Positions 23,323 to 32,783 of a stretch of DNA of 32,783 nt are shown here, piece by piece. The notes under the pieces were generated by a model. The model searched no databases and was not told where the DNA came from. It saw only the letters and a program-made list of their open reading frames with translations. Position 1 is the stretch's first letter. Every line of letters starts with the position of its first letter. Location: the NCBI GenBank assembly GCA_009602725.1, contig WELB01000009.1, positions 1,124,080 to 1,156,862 of the forward strand, read 5' to 3'. The translations under genes and the position numbers were made by a program. The DNA comes from Spirogloea muscicola. Its lineage: Eukaryota.

Positions 23323-23968
23323 GAAGCCGGGCAGATCGCTATGTTGGAAGAGCTATTCTTCCAAGAGACGTAAGGGGCTCTTCTAAGGACTAAGACATCA
23401 AACGAGGCGAGGGCTGTGAAAGAAGTGGCTCTCCCCATTGGGGCAAGGGCTGTGCTCAGACAAAGCACACAGCGCGCAGAGGAATCTAGCTAGGTGCCTC
23501 CGCTTGAGCTGGTCAAATCGAAGCCGTCGGTGATCCACTTGACGCCTGCGATCTCCTGTCTTCAAGCTCTGGTGTCCACGCTCCGCTAAGAAATGGGCAA
23601 CAGCCCGACACGAGCTTCGCTCGGGCGGAAGCCTCGCCTCGGATTGGGCAGCAGCGGTGGCCAATGGCGGGCTTGCCAGGTTGCCGATGAAATAATTCTG
23701 CCGGGTAAATGGTACATGAGAAGGACGGCCCTTCCAGTAGAGGGCGATGGCTGTGATCGACGGAAAAGATCGTGTATTAGAAAGAAATGTAGGCCATGGG
23801 ACGGAAGGACTCTTCCGACCCATATAGAAAGAATCAACGAATGGCAAGTAATAGAATTCGAAACGGCCAGGAAAAGGGTACATAATAATTACCACAGCGC
23901 CACCGGGCGCCAGTAGCTTAGTTAGCTAGCTCCCCGCACCTTACGCGACCGCGGCGGCGGCGGCGGCC

Positions 23969-27346
<3,378 letters not shown>

Positions 27347-28026
27347 TAGACATCCCGCACCTGTACCCAAGACGCAGCCCCTTAACTCTCAACTCGACCG
27401 TTGCCCTCACCAAACCAATATTGTGCAGGACTCATCTGACTGCAGCACCTGCTCTTGCTGATTCTGGCGTAAACTTGCTCGCCTATCCTGTTGGTGGAGC
27501 AGAGAGGGAGGCTGGTGTGCACAGTATATGCCAATGAGTCCCCTTGTTGGCCTGCAGAACTGCAGTGGCCGAAGGCACAAAAGCTTGCAACTTTGGGAAG
27601 CAGGGGCAGGCCACGTGATACGGGCAATTAATATACTGGAAGTCAGAGCTCATTGAAAGCACCCAGATGTAATTTGGAAGTGCTCAAGCAGTGAATGTGG
27701 GGGTCATATTTCACAAGTTGGTGTACCACCAGACCACCTCTAGGTGGTCTGGAGTGGGAGATTGTATTTCCTGCAATAACTGCAAGAGCAGAGCAGCGGC
27801 AGATGTGGAAGCAAGTTGTGAGGAAGAAAATCCTAATGTTTTGAGCCTACTCCTTGTGGTAGTACAAGTAGATTCCGATGAGCAACCGGCCGAGGCAAAC
27901 CATGCTTCCTCGACAAAAGTAGAGATGATGGTAATGGCGTGGTCAGCAATGGTGATGGCGATGGTGGGTGCAGAAGCAGCTACATAGTGGACCTGCCAGT
28001 CAAGGCCAGCTGCCCAAGTAGCAGAT

Positions 28027-31000
28027 TCAGCTCTCCCAGCGATTCCACCAGTTGTTTGGCTTGGCATTACCAGCTGCAACACCGGCAAACATCACGTTCG
28101 TGTCTGAGGTCACTGTGAGGTCTGTACCAGTACTAGCATTGACGTAGATGGCGGTGACAACAACTGCTAATTAGCAATGCTGGTATTGGCATTACCGTCA
28201 ATACCAGAGCGCCAGCATTAGCGTTAGCTCCTGCTATCTGGGGGGGTGCGAGCTACTCACTGGTGAGGGAGTCGAGGCTGCTGGAGGCGGTGCGCTCGAG
28301 CTTGCGCTTGATGCGCAGCGCCGATGCCAGCGCGTTGCGCTGCAGCGTCGACTTGCGCGCCTTCCGCTCCCGCTGCTGCAGCACATGGCAGCCGTTGCCG
28401 AAAGGCCCAGCGTCAGCACTAGCAAGCTGACTACTGAGCAAGCAAGCATTGAAGGAGGAATGGAGATATTATTGGGTGCTCATGATCTTATAACAGGGGA
28501 AGGACTGGGACACTGAGGGTAAAGGCTAGGAGTGATGTAAAGACGAGGAACGTCACGAAATAAGAGGATCTGTAGAGGGAGGAGAGCAGGAAGAGGAGGA
28601 GGCCGAGGGGCGGAACTTACGCGGAGGCTCTGAAGCTGGGCCTCGCTCATGGCGCCTGTATCGCCCGACTTGGAAAGGTAGCCAAGCATCCTCTGCGTAA
28701 ACGCAGTGTTGTCGCGCTGCAGCAGGCGCAGCGCCGCCACCCGCACCTTCTGCAGTAGGGGCAACCCGCCTGGCGCCAGGAACGGGTGCGCCAGCGCCAG
28801 CCCCGCACTCACCTGCAGCAGCAGCCCCCGAGTAAGAGGAGAAGTGTCAGGGAGGAGAGGAAAGGGCATTACAAGAGAGGACGATGAGGAAGGAGGCCAG
28901 CGAGGATGGAGATTAGTAGCACATAGAAAGTGGACAAGACTTGTAGGAGGGGGGGAGAATGAAGCAGAGGGGGAGCAAGCAATGGAAGGAGGAGGATGGC
29001 AGAGTGCTCGTGAAGGCAAGGAGCGGGAGATGGAGGGAGGGAGGAAGGAGAAAGGGTAGGAGTGTAGCCAGGTACCCGCTGGCGGCCCTTGAAGCGCATC
29101 ATGGACTGGAGGAGGTCCCAGCCGGCGCCGCCGTCGGCTTCGAGCAGCTCGAAGCCGTGCTGCATGTCAGCGCCGGCGCGCTTCTCACAAGCCTCGCGCC
29201 ACGCTGCGAGGTCGTAGTTGCACCGCTTGAACTGCCGGTTGAACTGTATCAGCGCACTGTCTGACCGCAGCGACGGGAAGACCTGCAGGCATGACGCAAC
29301 ATTCGCGAGCAGAGACGATCCTACTCAGACATTGGCACAAGGAGGGAGAAAATGTAGGAGTAGAAGGGGCGGGATGGGGAGGGGAGAGGAGGCAGGGGGC
29401 AATGAGCGAAGGAAGGACAAGGAGAGGGTATTTGGAGCGTCAACAGGGCTTGGATGAGGGAAAGGGAAGGAGGGGGGGAGAGGAGATGGGGGATGAGAAG
29501 GATGAAATTCAGCTCCAGAGAGGTGATGTACTGGGTAGGACAAGGAGATGCCAGGGGGAGGAGGTAGGGGGAGAGGGGAGTATGGACAGTGGAGAGAAAG
29601 CAGCAGCAGGAAAGCATACCATCTGCAACAGGATGAGGCCCGCGCTGTAGACGTCAAAGCGGTCAGGAATATTCATCTGNNNNNNNNNNNNNNNNNNNNN
29701 NNNNNNNNNNNNNNNNNNNNNNNNNNNNNNNNNNNNNNNNNNNNNNNNNNNNNNNNNNNNNNNNNNNNNNNNNNNNNNNNNNNNNNNNNNNNNNNNNNNN
29801 NNNNNNNNNNNNNNNNNNNNNNNNNNNNNNNNNNNNNNNNNNNNNNNNNNNNNNNNNNNNNNNNNNNNNNNNNNNNNNNNNNNNNNNNNNNNNNNNNNNN
29901 NNNNNNNNNNNNNNNNNNNNNNNNNNNNNNNNNNNNNNNNNNNNNNNNNNNNNNNNNNNNNNNNNNNNNNNNNNNNNNNNNNNNNNNNNNNNNNNNNNNN
30001 NNNNNGAGGGGGGGGGAGGGAGGGTAGAAAGGGAAACGGGGGGAGGAGAGAGCGAGGGGGGGAGAGAGGGTGAGAGAGAGAGAGCATAAAGAGAGGACAC
30101 TAAGCACCTGGGATCCAATAGGAACTCGCGAGGGACGTAATTGATGCCGACGCGCAGATCTGCAGCTGCGCCTAGGTCGATGATCTTCAGCGCGCCCGTC
30201 TCTGTCAAAGCGCCGATTCCGCATGTACCCACCATTGCCAAAGTCAGTGAAAGAAAGAGCAAAAGAGATGTAGGGAGATAAGCGCATGGCAGTCTGATTG
30301 GGGGGGACGTAGAGTGGTGAGAGGGGGTAAGGAAAGCAGATGGAGAAACAGATGTTGTGTATATATTAGAAAGTGATCTTGATTGAAGGTAATACGTGAT
30401 TGTTTGTTGTAAACTATGCAAAATCTTCAATGTTTTACCTGCAAGCAAAACTTGTACTTATGAAGGCTGAGAGGGAGGCGAGAGATGGGGCGGAAACAAC
30501 AAGGGAGGAGAAGAGGAGAGAGGGCAGGAGGTAATAGACAGGTAAGAAGGGGAAGGAGGGAGGAAGGAGGTGGAGGTAAGCACCCTGGCACAATATGATG
30601 TTCTGGGGCTTGATATCCCGGTGGACGATGCCCGTGGCGTGCAGGCGGGCGAGATTGGCGAGGATCTGCCGCATGAGCTCCCGCACGACGGCCAGCTCCC
30701 GCGCAGTGCCGCGCGGCAACTTCTGCGTGCGCCCCAGCACCGCTGCCTCCACCTGCGCACCAACAGTACGTGACCTGCCCACTTCAGTAGGCCCAGCTTG
30801 GACTCTGGGAAGTTTGCTCCTCTCGCTCCTCTTCCGCAATTGATCCCTGTGCTATTAAAGTGTAGAATAGGGGCAAAGAAATTGGCAGTAGTAATAAGAT
30901 CTGCAAAACAAGAAATGAGCGGAGATGCTAGAGAATGGAAGGAGGCAGCCGAGTGAAGTGGGATTGAGGTGGAAGGAGAGAAGGTGGGAAGAGCAAGGAG

Positions 31001-32783
31001 CCGAGCACAGGGGGTGAAGTAGGAGGAGGGGGTGGGCAAGAGGTTAGCGAGGTGAGGAGGGAGAGAGCAGCAAGGGGGACAACTACAAGGAGGGAGGAGG
31101 GGGCCCCCTGAGAGAGGAGGGAGGGGGAGACGGTGGAGATGGGGAGGAGGGAGGAATGGTGTCCCTGTCGAGATAGGAGGAGGGAGGGGTCAGCGACGGC
31201 GAACGCACGTTGTAGGGGAAGTCCTTCTGGTTGAGCACGGACGCGAGCGTGAGGTCGCCTTCATACTTCCACACCAGCCAGAACTCGTCGTTACGCCCCT
31301 TGGTTGGCTGCGTTGTCATGACCACCAGTCCGTCAGCACCGGCCAGAAGTCCGCGCGAGAGGAAGGTAGGCATACACAAGAATGTGTGGTGGAGGTACGG
31401 GGGGGAAGTAATAGGCGGTGACGGATGTCAAGAGGGGGCTGCAGGAGCACAGAGGGAGGAGGGAGGGATGGAAGGCAGGTGTGATTGTGACCTCCAGGAA
31501 GCCGTAGATGAAGTCGGCGCAGGAGCTGGCGCACGCGCGGCGCACGCGCTCGTTCATCCAGATCTCCACCGCGCCGAACTCGTTCGCCCGCTTCACCACC
31601 AGCTCCTTTGGCTGCGCAACAGCAAGGAGGACATGACTCTTCCTCTCGACGAGTGAAGAAGGAGCAGCGGCAGGAGGGAGGGGGAGCAGCCCGAACCTTG
31701 CCAGGGGACGGGTTCGCGAACGTCGCCTTGTACACGGTGCCGTAACCGCCCTCGCCGAGCTTCTTGCCCAGCACAAAGTCCTCCTGCAGGGGCCGCGATG
31801 GGCACTGGCCACAGCGTCAGCGCCTCCAGGGCTGACGACAACGGCCAGAGCAGCCGTGGCGTTGGAATGACATGTTGACCCAAAGCAGCAGCAAAATAGC
31901 CACGAGCTCCCAGTGACAGCACTAAGGATGGAGGAAGGTGGGACCCGGAAGGCGAGAGCTCCCAGAAGAGGATGCGGCTGCTGATATCAGAAGAGCGGCT
32001 GTGAAAGCCAGCCAGGTGCTTACAGAGGGCGTTCATGACCATATTAGCGGAGCCACAGGTCGCTAGGCAGACAGGGCGCTCTTAGTACCCCAAGGAGAGA
32101 GGAGGGCGGACTTTCTACAGCTGGCTGATGCTTGCGCGGCTGGTAAGGTGGGCAAGGCCGCCTGAGGGTACACCGGCGCTTAAGCGGCACAAATGGGTAT
32201 GAGAGTGGGAATGGTTGATGGAATGGGAAACAAGGGAATGAGATCAATGGGGCGGGAGCAGGACCTTGCGGTAGGACGGGCGGAGGCGGTTGTCCAGCGG
32301 GCCGAGGAGGAACATGTCCCAGAAGCCCGGCGCGACGCCCGGCGTGGCCCACAGGTAGCCCGCGGCCAGCGCCGCCAGCGCCGCGCCGCCGGCCGTGAGG
32401 TGGAACGGCTCCCTCGCCTGGCAGCCAAGGGAGAGCGATTAATTAAGACCAATTAACGTAATGACATGGCTAATGATACTAATGGAGCGGCTGTAAAGGC
32501 CAGCCAGGTGCTAACAGAGGCTGTTTAATGACGATATGACAGAGCCACAGGCTAGGCAGCTAGGGAGGGCGCAGTTAGTACCCCGAAAGAGACTCTGAGG
32601 CGATAATTGTCATGTAAGTGAGGGTTATGGGCCGGATTACCGGCAGCGTGGCGCGGTAGATCACGTCGCCGCACTCCATGACCGTGCACGGGAGGCCGAC
32701 GCCGACCGCCAGCATCGCGTGCAGGTCCCACGCCGTCGCCGCCGCCGCGCCGCCGCGCCCGCGGCCCGCCCGCCGCGGCAGGC
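28027..32783 (-). CDS. STN7: Chloroplast thylakoid state-transition Ser/Thr kinase STN7/Stt7; 5' end lies beyond the window and one exon is mostly in a gap
   Basis: [17 protein letters not shown] (lumenal Cys pair, exon ending 32641); TM helix and [16 protein letters not shown] (32417-32265); [72 protein letters not shown]; last exon 28073-28027 [14 protein letters not shown]. Confidence 0.95.
29680..30005. other. Assembly gap (326 N) that should contain the STN7 exon with the YAAPE motif
   Basis: N run between LLDPR| and QMNIPDRFD, where kinase subdomain VIII is missing. Confidence 0.9.
31993..32091 (-). mobile_element. Short retroelement 3'-end (SINE-like) copy in an STN7 intron
   Basis: Homologous to 32485-32584. 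Contains GGG TAC TAA (GY*) then, ~70 nt downstream, the GGCTG-GCTTTCA-CAGCC hairpin, the same layout as the cluster elements. Confidence 0.65.
32485..32584 (-). mobile_element. Second copy of the same short element in the adjacent STN7 intron
   Basis: gagcggctgt.aa.gccagccaggtgct.acagagg...gagccacagg...agggcgc...ttagtacccc is shared with 31993-32091. Confidence 0.65.

Larger units (their letters stand above)
20227..23800 (-). mobile_element. Cluster of stacked, 5'-truncated 3' ends of RLE-type (CRE/NeSL-like) non-LTR retrotransposons from several subfamilies
   Basis: Eight minus-strand ORF ends xL[ST]R[GN]Y* (stops at 20325, 20602, 21234, 21266, 21444, 22296, 22482, 22781), RLE C-terminal peptides, about 14 full or partial hairpin motifs and exact internal duplications. 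No RT domain is visible. Confidence 0.75.

Noticed and set aside
20455..23330. CRISPR-like array of palindromic repeats
   Set aside because: Spacing is irregular, the repeats are divergent, the spacers are themselves repeated, there are no cas genes and the context is eukaryotic.
27711..27748. Alternative STN7 last exon (…HLEVVWWYTNL*)
   Set aside because: The nearer in-phase exon 28073-28027 gives the better WWNRW match.

Overview
Eukaryotic nuclear DNA from a green plant-lineage organism, most consistent with a streptophyte alga (inference from LIG6, STN7, a nuclear ycf21-like gene and an ATP synthase beta without the chlorophycean C-terminal extension). Five intron-rich genes were reconstructed by hand from splice sites and protein motifs: DNA ligase 6 (-, 2802 to >12981), a ycf21/DUF98 chorismate-lyase-like gene (+, <13543-15037, head-to-head with LIG6 across an N gap), EDEM-like alpha-mannosidase MNS5 (-, 15452-20013), mitochondrial ATP synthase beta (+, 23969-27346) and STN7 kinase (-, 28027 to beyond 32783). 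The most unusual part is the ~3.6 kb between MNS5 and ATP synthase beta. It is a pile of co-oriented 3' ends of several diverged non-LTR retrotransposon subfamilies with a restriction-like endonuclease (RLE): 8 ORF termini reading xL[ST]R[GN]Y-stop, and about 14 full or partial copies of a GGGCTG-N7/8-CAGCCC hairpin that may form a pseudoknot. Related short copies lie in LIG6 and STN7 introns. A probable hAT transposase fossil and a (GA)n tract are at the left end. Exon boundaries are manual and no database searches were run.
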